NCBI GenBank assembly: GCA_964016885.1
Contig: OZ024742.1
Coordinates: 5,332,001-5,396,000 of the forward strand
Direction: 5' to 3'
Origin: Eledone cirrhosa
Taxonomy: Eukaryota
Length of the DNA stretch: 64,000 bases
The notes beneath the pieces were generated by a model. The model was not told the DNA's origin. It did not search any database and saw only the letters and a list, made by a program, of their open reading frames with translations. Numbering within the stretch: position 1 is the first letter of the stretch; the number at the start of each line of letters is the position of its first letter. Shown here piece after piece: positions 1 through 13,000 of the stretch. Made by a program: the position numbers and the translations under genes.

Positions 1-461
1 GAACCATATATGGGTGGCGTCGATAGTATGGTGCAGAGGGTGCGCATAGGCTACACAAACACAAAGGGCATACAATATATATATATATATAGCGGAGGAG
101 AAGGTACATGAGGTAATTAGAAATGGAAAAATAGTAATAATAATAATCTATAATTAATAGTGTATAATAAGGCATGGGGAAGATTACACTATAATAAGGT
201 ATAAAAGTAAGAATAAGGTAAAATATAAAGGAGGATAAGAGTGGAAATAATAAAGATAAAAAAATATATAGAGAATATATAAAGAAATATAAGCGAATAT
301 TTGGAGGGGAAAACACAATGTAAAAAAACCGATTTTTTCAAATAATAATAAAAATATAATAATTATGGGAGGAGAAAACGGGATAGAGAAATATGATCAA
401 GTGTGATTAGTTGAGAGAATATAAGATGATAATAGTTATGTCAAGGTTATACATCTTAATA

Positions 462-463
<2 letters not shown>

Positions 464-502
<39 letters not shown>
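464..502. repeat. (TA)n microsatellite
   Basis: Near-pure TA run. Confidence 0.95.
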
Positions 503-505
<3 letters not shown>

Positions 506-884
506 AATGAGTCAGGACCCCGGCGCTGTGTTCCGGCCGTTTCGCTAGATCCGAACTAAACCAGTAGTATTAGGACGGTAGAGACGTTGCTGAACTTATC
601 AAGGGGTACAGTCCATATATGCAATCAAAACACGGTAGAATTATCATATAAAGCAATCCTAAAAATTGTAGTTTTCTTGTTTGTCACAAGAAGTGTTCTA
701 TGATTTTGGGATGTCATATACATGGTTAAATTCCTTCATAGCGGCGGGGGTGTGGTGGGGCTGAACTGGTCTGTAGAATAAAGGAAGAATATATATATAT
801 ATATATAACAAAGGAAGTGTGGTAAGTAACCAGGTGGATAATAACGCACCAGAGTACTCGATACTATGGGTAGTAGAGTGGGTA

Positions 885-1015
885 ATAGGAAAAGAGTCAG
901 GACCCCGACGGCTGAGCTCCGGCCGTTTCGACAGCTAGTTCTGAACCGTTCAGAACTAGCTGTTGAAATGGCCGAAACGGCCGCAGCTCAGCTGTCGGGG
1001 TCCTGACTCTTTTCC

Positions 1016-1018
<3 letters not shown>
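885..1018. repeat. Fold-back inverted repeat (~62-bp arms, 1-nt centre)
   Basis: ATAGGAAAAGAGTCAGGACCCCGAC...TTCTGAAC-C-GTTCAGAA...GTCGGGGTCCTGACTCTTTTCCTAT. The right arm has an extra 9-bp GAAATGGCC and is followed by (TA)n. A related sequence lies at ~508-545. Confidence 0.9.
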
Positions 1019-1062
<44 letters not shown>

Positions 1063-1555
1063 AATAGAGCCTATGCAGATTGATGCCGTGAGGGCATCGG
1101 CCACTGGCACCCGGGATGTTTTCGGGATCTTGAGAGGCATCTTATGTAATCAGTAAAGTAATCCATGATACATTAAAAAAAGACGATATTATATATAAAC
1201 TGTATTAGGAGAAAATTAGTGACAGAAATATTTGAATGTTTATTTAAGCGATCGCTAACCGGAAGTGTTGACGTTTGAGAATGTTAAAGAAGTGAATCTT
1301 TAAATAAGTAATAAAATATATTTAATGAACAGCCACGAAATTTAGCACATAAATTACGTAATATTCATTAATTATTTTTTCAAAGTAATTCAACTTATTT
1401 TACAAACGGGATAAAAAAATATATTCTAGATGCAGTCCCGCACTCCTTACTTTATTAAAGTTTAGATTTAGCAGAAAGCTTAAATCTTAGAGTTGACTCC
1501 ACCGTTAAGTCTCATTTCTATGGTCAGTTTATTGTAAAAACCCATGGTCTTTCGC

Positions 1556-2921
1556 ATGTGTGTGTATGTGGTGGACTGTATGTGTGTGTATGTGGTGGAC
1601 TGTATGTGTGTGTGTGTATGTGGTGGGCTGTATGTGTGTGTGTGTATGTGGTGGGCTGTATGTGTGTGTGTGTGTGTATGTGGTGGACTGTATGTGTGTG
1701 TGTATGTGGTGGACTGTATGTGTGTGTGTGTATGTGGTGGGCTGTATGTGTGTGTGTGTATGTGGTGGGCTGTATGTGTGTGTGTGTGTGTATGTGGTGG
1801 ACTGTATGTGTGTGTGTATGTGGTGGACTGTATGTGTGTGTGTATGTGGTGGACTGTATGTGTGTGTGTATGTGGTGGGCTGTATGTGTGTGTGTGTGTA
1901 TGTGGTGGGCTGTATGTGTGTGTGTATGTGGTGGACTGTATGTGTGTGTGTATGTGGTGGACTGTATGTGTGTGTGTGTATGTGGTGGGCTGTATGTGTG
2001 TGTGTGTATGTGGTGGGCTGTATGTGTGTGTGTGTGTGTATGTGGTGGACTGTATGTGTGTGTGTATGTGGTGGACTGTATGTGTGTGTGTATGTGGTGG
2101 ACTGTATGTGTGTGTGTGTGTATGTGGTGGGCTGTATGTGTGTGTGTGTATGTGGTGGGCTGTATGTGTGTGTGTGTATGTGGTGGACTGTATGTGTGTG
2201 TATATGTGGTGGACTGTATGTGTGTGTGTATGTGGTGGGCTGTGTGTGTGTATGTGGTGGGCTGTATGTGTGTGTGTGTGTGTATGTGGTGGACTGTATG
2301 TGAGTGTGTATGTGGTGGGCTGTATGTGTGTGTGTATGAGGTGGGCTGTATGTGTGTGTGTGTGTGTGTATGTAGTGGACTGTATGTGTGTGTGTGATGG
2401 GCTGTATGTGTGTGTGTGTGTGTGGTGGGCTGTATGTATGTGTGTATGTGGTGGGCTGTATGTATGTGTGTGTGTGGTGTGCTGTATGTATGTGTGTATG
2501 TGGTGGGCTGTATGTATGTGTGAGTGTGGTGGGCTGTATGTGTGTGTGTGATGGGCTGTATGTCTGTGTATGTGGTGGGCTGTATGTGTGTCGTGGGCTG
2601 TATATGTGTGTGTATGTGGTGGGCTGTATGTGTGTGTATGTGGTGGGCTGTATGTGTGTCGTGGGCTGTATATGTGTGTGTATGTGTGTGATGGGCTGTA
2701 TGTATGTGTGTATGTGGTGAGCTGTATATGTGTGTGTGTGTGTGTGTGTGGTGGGCTGTATGTGTGTGTATGTGGTGGGCTGTATGTATGTGTGTGTGGT
2801 GGGCTGTATATGTGTGTGTGTGTGGTAGGCTGTATGTTTGTGTGTGGTGGGCTGTATGTATGTGTGTGTGTGTGTGGTGGGCTGTATGTGTGTGTGTATG
2901 TGGTGGGCTGTATGTGTGTGT
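1556..2921. repeat. Compound GT-based minisatellite, unit TATGTGGTGG(G/A)CTGTATG(TG)n, ~26-34 bp
   Basis: Fixed core GTGGTGGRCTGTA separated by variable TG tracts. More degenerate toward the right end. Confidence 0.95.
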
Positions 2922-2924
2922 ACA

Positions 2925-3125
2925 TATACTCCACACTGAGTGTACCTTCAGATTTATACCTGTAATTATTGGACACTGGGATATGTTAGTAACTGCCTCA
3001 GTACAAATCTTGAGAAGCTGGGCTTCACAGAACCAGAAAGAACACAACTAGTTAGGAAATTACAAATACCATCCATTAATGGAACAGTAAAAATATGTAA
3101 AATATTTCGTAAATTCAGTATGTAA
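2925..3125 (+). mobile_element. 3' fragment of an RLE-type non-LTR retrotransposon (R4/Dong-like C-terminus), frameshifted
   Basis: Restoring a 1-bp deletion at ~2973 gives FRFIPVIIG(A)LGYVSNCLSTNLEKLGF...LVRKLQIPSINGTVKICKIFRKF*. This resembles the 'IPVIIGALG' tail of restriction-like-endonuclease LINEs. Clade assigned from motif memory, not a search. Confidence 0.6.
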
Positions 3126-3184
3126 TAACTGTATCTATGTACAGATAGAGAAACATACATCCACATATACAATAACATACATAC

Positions 3185-3187
<3 letters not shown>

Positions 3188-3266
<79 letters not shown>
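3188..3266. repeat. (CA)n microsatellite with degenerate continuation to ~3390
   Basis: Pure CA run of ~80 bp. Confidence 0.95.
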
Positions 3267-3271
<5 letters not shown>

Positions 3272-3449
3272 CACACATACACACATACATACAGACACAC
3301 ATACACACACACACTTAAACATAAACAGACGCGCGCGCGCGCACACACACACATACAAACACATACACAAACACGAACACGTACAAACATGTATACGTAC
3401 TTATCTTGATGTTATCTGAGTCTGGTTTATATGCTAGAAACCCGATGCT

Positions 3450-3660
3450 ATTTGTGAACATTTATGCAGAAGGCCAACAATTTTTGGGGAGGGGAAAGTC
3501 GATTAAATCAACCCCAGTACGTTACTGGTGCTGTATTTATCGACCCCGTAAGGACGAAAGGCAAAACAAACCTCGGCGGGAGATGAACTCAGAACGTAAA
3601 GGGATGTAACTATATGCCGCAAAGCATGGTTTCCGACACTGTACCTATTCTGCCAACCCA
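3450..3660 (-). mobile_element. tRNA-derived SINE with Meta-type central domain (octopus-like SINE), diverged copy
   Basis: Minus strand: A-box-like TGGCAGAATAGG, B-box-like GAGTTCATCTCC, then GCCTTTCGTCCTTACGGGGTCGATAAA and ACCAGT...ACTGGGGTTGATTTAATCGAC. This matches the remembered MetaSINE core. Confidence 0.75.
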
Positions 3661-4025
3661 GCAACACAATCGGTATGTTTTACAATGTATTGTGTCCAGC
3701 AGTAAATATATATTACTAGTTTCTGACTAGTTTCTACTGTTGTAAGTTAAACATTGTAAATATTTTCTTTTTAAAATCTATTTTGTGTATTGTAGGTGAC
3801 TTCCAAACGAATATCCTCCCCTCCAACTTACCCTCCACCTCTTGGTGCCACGTATATTTTTGTGTATTATATTTATAAGGTTCCTAGCAATAATTGAGAT
3901 AGTATTAGTATTGGAATAGACCAGTGAAACCATAATTTCCTGTGTCCCATCCGACAATCTCTTACTTTACTTTATTCTTGCCATGATCCATTCTTTGTTA
4001 AACTTCCTTCTCTCACATTTCATAT

Positions 4026-7000
4026 TTCCCACCCTTTCTTCTCATCTGTATCATTTATAGTCCTCTACTTTCCTCTACAGCCAGATCTACCCTTTTTAAC
4101 CCCTTCCCACCCTTTCTTCTCATCTGTATCATTTATAGTCCTCTACTTTCCTCTACAGCCAGATCTACCCTTTTTAACCCCTTCCCACCCTTTCTTCTCA
4201 TCTGTATCATTTATAGTCCTCTACATTCCTCTACAGCCAGATATGCTCTTCTTAACCCCTTCCCACCCTTTCTTCTCATCTGTATCATTTATAGTCCTCT
4301 ACATTCCTCTACAGCCAGATCTGCCCTTCTTAACCCCTTCCCACCCTTTCTTCTCATCTGTATCATTTATAGTCCTCTACATTCCTCTACAGCCAGATCT
4401 GCCCTTCTTAACCCCTTCCCATCCTTTCTTCTCATCTGTATCATTTATAGTCCTCTACTTTCCTCTACAGCCAGATCTGCCCTTCTTAACCCCTTCCCAC
4501 CCTTTCTTCTCATCTGTATCATTTATAGTCCTCTACATTCCTCTACAGCCAGATCTGCCCTTCTTAACCCCTTCCCATCCTTTCTTCTCATCTGTATCAT
4601 TTATAGTCCTCTACTTTCCTCTACAGCCAGATCTGCCCTTCTTAACCCCTTCCCACCCTTTTTTCTCATCTGTATCATTTATAGTCCTCTACATTCCTCT
4701 ACAGCCAGATCTGCCCTTCTTAACCCCTTCCCATCCTTTCTTCTCATATGTATCATTTATAGTCCTCTACTTTCCTCTACAGCCAGATCTGCCCTTCTTA
4801 ACCCCTTCCCACCCTTTCTTCTCATCTGTATCATTTATAGTCCTCTACATTCCTCTACAGCCAGATCTGCCCTTCTTAACCCCTTCCCATCCTTTCTTCT
4901 CATCTGTATCATTTATAGTCCTCTACTTTCCTCTACAGCCAGATCTGCCCTTCTTAACCCCTTCCCACCCTTTCTTCTCATCTGTATCATTTATAGTCGT
5001 CTACATTCCTCTACAGCGAGATCTGCCTTTCTTAACCCCTTCCCACCCTTTCTTCTCATCTGTATCATTTATAGTCCTCTACATTCCTCTACAGCCAGAT
5101 CTGCCCTTCTTAACCCCTTCCCACCCTTTCTTCTCATCTGTGTCATTTATAGTCCTCTACTTTCCTCTACAGCCAGATCTGCCCTTCTTAACTCCTTCCC
5201 ACCCTTTCTTCTCATCTGTATCATTTATAGTCCTCTAATTTCCTCTACAGCCTGATCTGCCCTTTTTAACCCCTTCCCACACTTTCTTCACATCTGTATC
5301 ATTTATAGTCCTCTACTTTCCTCTACAGTCTGATCTGCCCTTTTTAACCCCTTCCCACCCTTTCTTCTCATCTGTATCATTTATGGTCCTCTACTTTCCT
5401 CTACAGCCAGATCTGCCCTTTTTAACCCCTTCCCACCCTTTCTTCTCATCTGTATCATTTATAGTCCTCTACATTCCTCTACAGCCAGATCTGCCCTTCT
5501 TAACCCCTTCCCACCCTTTCTTCTCATCTGTATCATTTATAGTCCTCTACTTTCCTCTACAGCCAGATCTGCCCTTCTTAACCTCTTCCCACCATTTCTT
5601 CTTATCTGTATCATTTATAGTCCTCTACATTCCTCTACAGCCAGATCTGCCCTTCTTAAACCCATCCCACCCTTTCTTCTCATCTGTATCATTTATAGTC
5701 CTCTACATTCCTCTACATCCAGATCTGCCCTTCTTAAACCCTTCCCACCCTTTCTTCTCATCTGTATCATTTATGGTCCTCTACTTTCCTCTACAGCCAG
5801 ATCTGCCCTTCTTAACCCCTTCCCACCCTTTCTTCTCATCTGTATCATTTATAGTCCTCTACATTCCTCTACAGCCAGATCTGCCCTTCTTAACCCCTTC
5901 CCATCCTTTCTTCTCATCTGTATCATTTATAATCCTCTACTTTCCTCTACAGCCAGATCTGCCCTTCTTAACCCCTTCCCACCCTTTCTTCTCATCTGTA
6001 TCATATATAGTCCTCTACATTCCTCTACAGACAGATCTGCTATTCAAACCCCTTCCCATCCTTTCTTCTCATCTGTATCATTTATAGTCCTCTACTTTCC
6101 TCTACAGCCAGATCTGCCCTTCTTAACCCCTTCCCACCCTTTTTCTCATCTGTATCATTTATAGTCCTCTACATTCCTCTACAGCCAGATCTGCCCTTCT
6201 TAACCCCTTCCCATCCTTTCTTCTCATCTGTATCATTTATAGTCCTCTACTTTCCTCTACAGCCAGATCTGCCCGTTTTAAACCCTTCCCACCCTTTCTT
6301 CTCATCTGTATCATTTATAGTCCTCTACATTCCTCTACAGCCAGATCTGCCCTTTTTAACCCCTTCCCACCCTTTCTTCTCATCTGTATCATTTATAGTC
6401 CTCTACTTTCCTCTACAGCCAGATCTGCCCTTCTTAACCCCTTCCCACCCTTTTTTCTCATCTGTATCATTTATAGTCCTCTACATTCCTCTACAGCCAG
6501 ATCTGCCATTCTTAACCCCTTCCCACCCTTACTTCTCATCTGTATCATTTATAGTCCTCTACATACCTCTACAGCCAGATCTGCCCATCTTAACCCCTTC
6601 CCATCCTTTCTTCTCATCTGTATCATTTATAGTCCTCTACTTTCCTCTACAGCCAGATCTGCCCTTCTTAACCGCTTCCCACCCTTTTTTCTCATCTGTA
6701 TCATTTATAGTCCTCTACATTCCTCTACAGCCAGATCTGCCCTTCTTAACCCCTTCCCACCCTTTCTTCTCATCTGTATCATTTATAGTCCGCTACTTTC
6801 CTCTACAGCCAGATCTGCCCTTTTTAACCCCTTCCCACCCTTTCTTCTCATCTGTGTTATTTATAGTCCTCTACTTTCCTCTACAGCCAGATCTGCCCTT
6901 CTTAACCCCTTCCCACCCTTTCTTCTCATGTGTATCATTTATAGTCCTCTACATTCCTCTATAGCCAGATCTGCCCATCTTAACCCCTTACCACCCTTTC

Positions 7001-10000
7001 TTCTCATCTGTATCATTTATAGTCCTCTACATTCCTCTACAGCCAGATCTGCCCTTTTAACCCCTTCCCACCCTTTCTTCTCATCTGTATCATTTATAGT
7101 CCTCTACATTCCTCTACAGCCAGATCTGCCCTTCTTAACACCTTCCCACCCTTTCTTCTCATCTGTAACATTTATAGTCCTCTACATTCCTCTACAGCCA
7201 GATCTGCCCTTCCTAACCCCTTCCCACCCTTTCTTCTCATCTGTATCATTTATAGTCCTCTACATTCCTCTACAGCCAGATCTACCCTTTTTAACCCCTT
7301 CCCACCCTTTCTTCTCATCTGTATCATTTATAGTCCTCTACTTTCCTCTACAGCCAGATCTACCCTTTTTAACCCCTTCCCACCCTTTCTTCTCATCTGT
7401 ATCATTTATAGTCCTCTACATTCCTCTACAGCCAGATATGCTCTTCTTAACCCCTTCCCACCCTTTCTTCTCATCTGTATCATTTATAGTCCTCTACATT
7501 CCTCTACAGCCAGATCTGCCCTTCTTAACCCCTTCCCACCCTTTCTTCTCATCTGTATCATTTATAGTCCTCTACATTCCTCTACAGCCAGATCTGCCCT
7601 TCTTAACCCCTTCCCATCCTTTCTTCTCATCTGTATCATTTATAGTCCTCTACTTTCCTCTACAGCCAGATCTGCCCTTCTTAACCCCTTCCCACCCTTT
7701 CTTCTCATCTGTATCATTTATAGTCCTCTACATTCCTCTACAGCCAGATCTGCCCTTCTTAACCCCTTCCCATCCTTTCTTCTCATCTGTATCATTTATA
7801 GTCCTCTACTTTCCTCTACAGCCAGATCTGCCCTTCTTAACCCCTTCCCACCCTTTTTTCTCATCTGTATCATTTATAGTCCTCTACATTCCTCTACAGC
7901 CAGATCTGCCCTTCTTAACCCCTTCCCATCCTTTCTTCTCATCTGTATCATTTATAGTCCTCTACTTTCCTCTACAGCCAGATCTGCCCTTCTTAACCCC
8001 TTCCCACCCTTTCTTCTCATCTGTATCATTTATAGTCGTCTACATTCCTCTACAGCGAGATCTGCTTTCTTAACCCCTTCCCACCCTTTCTTCTCATCTG
8101 TATCATTTATAGTCCTCTACATTCCTCTACAGCCAGATCTGCCCTTCTTAACCCCTTCCCACCCTTTCTTCTCATCTGTGTCATTTATAGTCCTCTACTT
8201 TCCTCTACAGCCAGATCTGCCCTTCTTAACTCCTTCCCACCCTTTCTTCTCATCTGTATCATTTATAGTCCTCTAATTTCCTCTACAGCCTGATCTGCCC
8301 TTTTTAACCCCTTCCCACACTTTCTTCACATCTGTATCATTTATAGTCCTCTACTTTCCTCTACAGTCTGATCTGCCCTTTTTAACCCCTTCCCACCCTT
8401 TCTTCTCATCTGTATCATTTATGGTCCTCTACTTTCCTCTACAGCCAGATCTGCCCTTTTTAACCCCTTCCCACCCTTTCTTCTCATCTGTATCATTTAT
8501 AGTCCTCTACATTCCTCTACAGCCAGATCTGCCCTTCTTAACCCCTTCCCACCCTTTCTTCTCATCTGTATCATTTATAGTCCTCTACTTTCCTCTACAG
8601 CCAGATCTGCCCTTCTTAACCTCTTCCCACCATTTCTTCTTATCTGTATCATTTATAGTCCTCTACATTCCTCTACAGCCAGATCTGCCCTTCTTAAACC
8701 CTTCCCACCCTTTCTTCTCATCTGTATCATTTATAGTCCTCTACATTCCTCTACATCCAGATCTGCCCTTCTTAACCCCTTCCCACCCTTTCTTCTCATC
8801 TGTATCATTTATGGTCCTCTACTTTCCTCTACAGCCAGATCTGCCCTTCTTAACCCCTTCCCACCCTTTCTTCTCATCTGTATCATTTATAGTCCTCTAC
8901 ATTCCTCTACAGCCAGATCTGCCCTTCTTAACCCCTTCCCATCCTTTCTTCTCATCTGTATCATTTATAATCCTCTACTTTCCTCTACAGCCAGATCTGC
9001 CCTTCTTAACCCCTTTCCACCCTTTCTTCTCATCTGTATCATATATAGTCCTCTACATTCCTCTACAGACAGATCTGCTATTCTAACCCCTTCCCATCCT
9101 TTCTTCTCATCTGTATCATTTATAGTCCTCTACTTTCCTCTACAGCCAGATCTGCCCTTCTTAACCCCTTCCCACCCTTTTTCTCATCTGTATCATTTAT
9201 AGTCCTCTACATTCCTCTACAGCCAGATCTGCCCTTCTTAACGCCTTCCCATCCTTTCTTCTCATGTGTATCATTTATAGTCCTCTACTTTCCTCTACAG
9301 CCAGATCTGCCCTTTTTAACCCCTTCCCACCCTTTCTTCTCATCTGTATCATTTATAGTCCTCTACTTTCCTCTACAGCCAGATCTGCCCTTCTTAACCC
9401 CTTCCCACCCTTTTTTCTCATCTGTATCATTTATAGTCCTCTACATTCCTCTACAGCCAGATCTGCCATTCTTAACCCCTTCCCACCCTTTCTTCTCATC
9501 TGTATCATTTATAGTCCTCTACATACCTCTACAGCCAGATCTGCCCATCTTAACCCCTTCCCATCCTTTCTTCTCATCTGTATCATTTATAGTCCTCTAC
9601 TTTCCTCTACAGCCAGATCTGCCCTTCTTAACCGCTTCCCACCCTTTTTTCTCATCTGTATCATTTATAGTCCTCTACATTCCTCTACAGCCAGATCTGC
9701 CCTTCTTAACCCCTTCCCACCCTTTCTTCTCATCTGTATCATTTATAGTCCGCTACTTTCCTCTACAGCCAGATCTGCCCTTTTTAACCCCTTCCCACCC
9801 TTTCTTCTCATCTGTGTTATTTATAGTCCTCTACTTTCCTCTACAGCCAGATCTGCCCTTCTTAACCCCTTCCCACCCTTTCTTCTCATGTGTATCATTT
9901 ATAGTCCTCTACATTCCTCTATAGCCAGATCTGCCCATCTTAACCCCTTACCACCCTTTCTTCTCATCTGTATCATTTATAGTCCTCTACATTCCTCTAC

Positions 10001-13000
10001 AGCCAGATCTGCCCTTTTAACCCCTTCCCACCCTTTCTTCTCATCTGTATCATTTATAGTCCTCTACATTCCTCTACAGCCAGATCTGCCCTTCTTAACA
10101 CCTTCCCATCCTTTCTTCTCATCTGTAACATTTATAGTCCTCTACATTCCTCTACAGCCAGATCTGCCCTTCCTAACCCCTTCCCACCCTTTCTTCTCAT
10201 CTGTATCATTTATAGTCCTCTACATTCCTCTACAGCCAGATCTACCCTTTTTAACCCCTTCCCACCCTTTCTTCTCATCTGTATCATTTATAGTCCTCTA
10301 CTTTCCTCTACAGCCAGATCTACCCTTTTTAACCCCTTCCCACCCTTTCTTCTCATCTGTATCATTTATAGTCCTCTACATTCCTCTACAGCCAGATATG
10401 CTCTTCTTAACCCCTTCCCACCCTTTCTTCTCATCTGTATCATTTATAGTCCTCTACATTCCTCTACAGCCAGATCTGCCCTTCTTAACCCCTTCCCACC
10501 CTTTCTTCTCATCTGTATCATTTATAGTCCTCTACATTCCTCTACAGCCAGATCTGCCCTTCTTAACCCCTTCCCATCCTTTCTTCTCATCTGTATCATT
10601 TATAGTCCTCTACTTTCCTCTACAGCCAGATCTGCCCTTCTTAACCCCTTCCCACCCTTTCTTCTCATCTGTATCATTTATAGTCCTCTACATTCCTCTA
10701 CAGCCAGATCTGCCCTTCTTAACCCCTTCCCATCCTTTCTTCTCATCTGTATCATTTATAGTCCTCTACTTTCCTCTACAGCCAGATCTGCCCTTCTTAA
10801 CCCCTTCCCACCCTTTTTTCTCATCTGTATCATTTATAGTCCTCTACATTCCTCTACAGCCAGATCTGCCCTTCTTAACCCCTTCCCATCCTTTCTTCTC
10901 ATATGTATCATTTATAGTCCTCTACTTTCCTCTACAGCCAGATCTGCCCTTCTTAACCCCTTCCCACCCTTTCTTCTCATCTGTATCATTTATAGTCCTC
11001 TACATTCCTCTACAGCCAGATCTGCCCTTCTTAACCCCTTCCCATCCTTTCTTCTCATCTGTATCATTTATAGTCCTCTACTTTCCTCTACAGCCAGATC
11101 TGCCCTTCTTAACCCCTTCCCACCCTTTCTTCTCATCTGTATCATTTATAGTCGTCTACATTCCTCTACAGCGAGATCTGCCTTTCTTAACCCCTTCCCA
11201 CCCTTTCTTCTCATCTGTATCATTTATAGTCCTCTACATTCCTCTACAGCCAGATCTGCCCTTCTTAACCCCTTCCCACCCTTTCTTCTCATCTGTGTCA
11301 TTTATAGTCCTCTACTTTCCTCTACAGCCAGATCTGCCCTTCTTAACTCCTTCCCACCCTTTCTTCTCATCTGTATCATTTATAGTCCTCTAATTTCCTC
11401 TACAGCCTGATCTGCCCTTTTTAACCCCTTCCCACACTATCTTCACATCTGTATCATTTATAGTCCTCTACTTTCCTCTACAGTCTGATCTGCCCTTTTT
11501 AACCCCTTCCCACCCTTTCTTCTCATCTGTATCATTTATGGTCCTCTACATTCCTCTACAGCCAGATCTGCCCTTTTTAACCCCTTCCCACCCTTTCTTC
11601 TCATCTGTATCATTTATAGTCCTCTACATTCCTCTACAGCCAGATCTGCCCTTCTTAACCCCTTCCCACCCTTTCTTCTCATCTGTATCATTTATAGTCC
11701 TCTACTTTCCTCTACAGCCAGATCTGCCCTTCTTAACCTCTTCCCACCATTTCTTCTTATCTGTATCATTTATAGTCCTCTACATTCCTCTACAGCCAGA
11801 TCTGCCCTTCTTAAACCCTTCCCACCCTTTATTCTTATCTGTATCATTTATAGTCCTCTACATTCCTCTACATCCAGATCTGCCCTTCTTAACCCCTTTC
11901 CACCCTTTCTTCTCATCTGTATCATTTATGGTCCTCTACTTTCCTCTACAGCCAGATCTGCCCTTCTTAACCCCTTCCCACCCTTTCTTCTCATCTGTAT
12001 CATTTATAGTCCTCTACATTCCTCTACAGCCAGATCTGCCCTTCTTAACCCCTTCCCATCCTTTCTTCTCATCTGTATCATTTATAATCCTCTACTTTCC
12101 TCTACAGCCAGATCTGCCCTTCTTAACCCCTTCCCACCCTTTCTTCTCATCTGTATCATATATAGTCCTCTACATTCCTCTACAGACAGATCTGCTATTC
12201 TAACCCCTTCCCATCCTTTCTTCTCATCTGTATCATTTATAGTCCTCTACTTTCCTCTACAGCCAGATCTGCCCTTCTTAACCCCTTCCCACCCTTTTTC
12301 TCATCTGTATCATTTATAGTCCTCTACATTCCTCTACAGCCAGATCTGCCCTTCTTAACCCCTTCCCATCCTTTCTTCTCATGTGTATCATTTATAGTCC
12401 TCTACTTTCCTCTACAGCCAGATCTGCCCGTTTTAACCCCTTCCCACCCTTTCTTCTCATCTGTATCATTTATAGTCCTCTACATTCCTCTACAGCCAGA
12501 TCTGCCCTTTTTAACCCCTTCCCACCCTTTCTTCTCATCTGTATCATTTATAGTCCTCTACTTTCCTCTACAGCCAGATCTGCCCTTCTTAACCCCTTCC
12601 CACCCTTTTTTCTCATCTGTATCATTTATAGTCCTCTACATTCCTCTACAGCCAGATCTGCCATTCTTAACCCCTTCCCACCCTTTCTTCTCATCTGTAT
12701 CATTTATAGTCCTCTACATACCTCTACAGCCAGATCTGCCCATCTTAACCCCTTCCCATCCTTTCTTCTCATCTGTATCATTTATAGTCCTCTACTTTCC
12801 TCTACAGCCAGATCTGCCCTTCTTAACCGCTTCCCACCCTTTTTTCTCATCTGTATCATTTATAGTCCTCTACATTCCTCTACAGCCAGATCTGCCCTTC
12901 TTAACCCCTTCCCACCCTTTCTTCTCATCTGTATCATTTATAGTCCGCTACTTTCCTCTACAGCCAGATCTGCCCTTTTTAACCCCTTCCCACCCTTTCT

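Noticed and set aside
1255-1275. ETS-like ACCGGAAGTG as a host promoter
   Set aside because: Single motif with no supportable exon nearby.
1480-3047. His/Thr- and Cys/Val-rich ORFs (extensin-like SPPH repeats)
   Set aside because: Translations of the GT minisatellite, open in most frames.
3742-3860. GTAAGT...TGTAG splice-like signals and a possible small exon
   Set aside because: No recognisable coding sequence. Such signals are common in AT-rich DNA.
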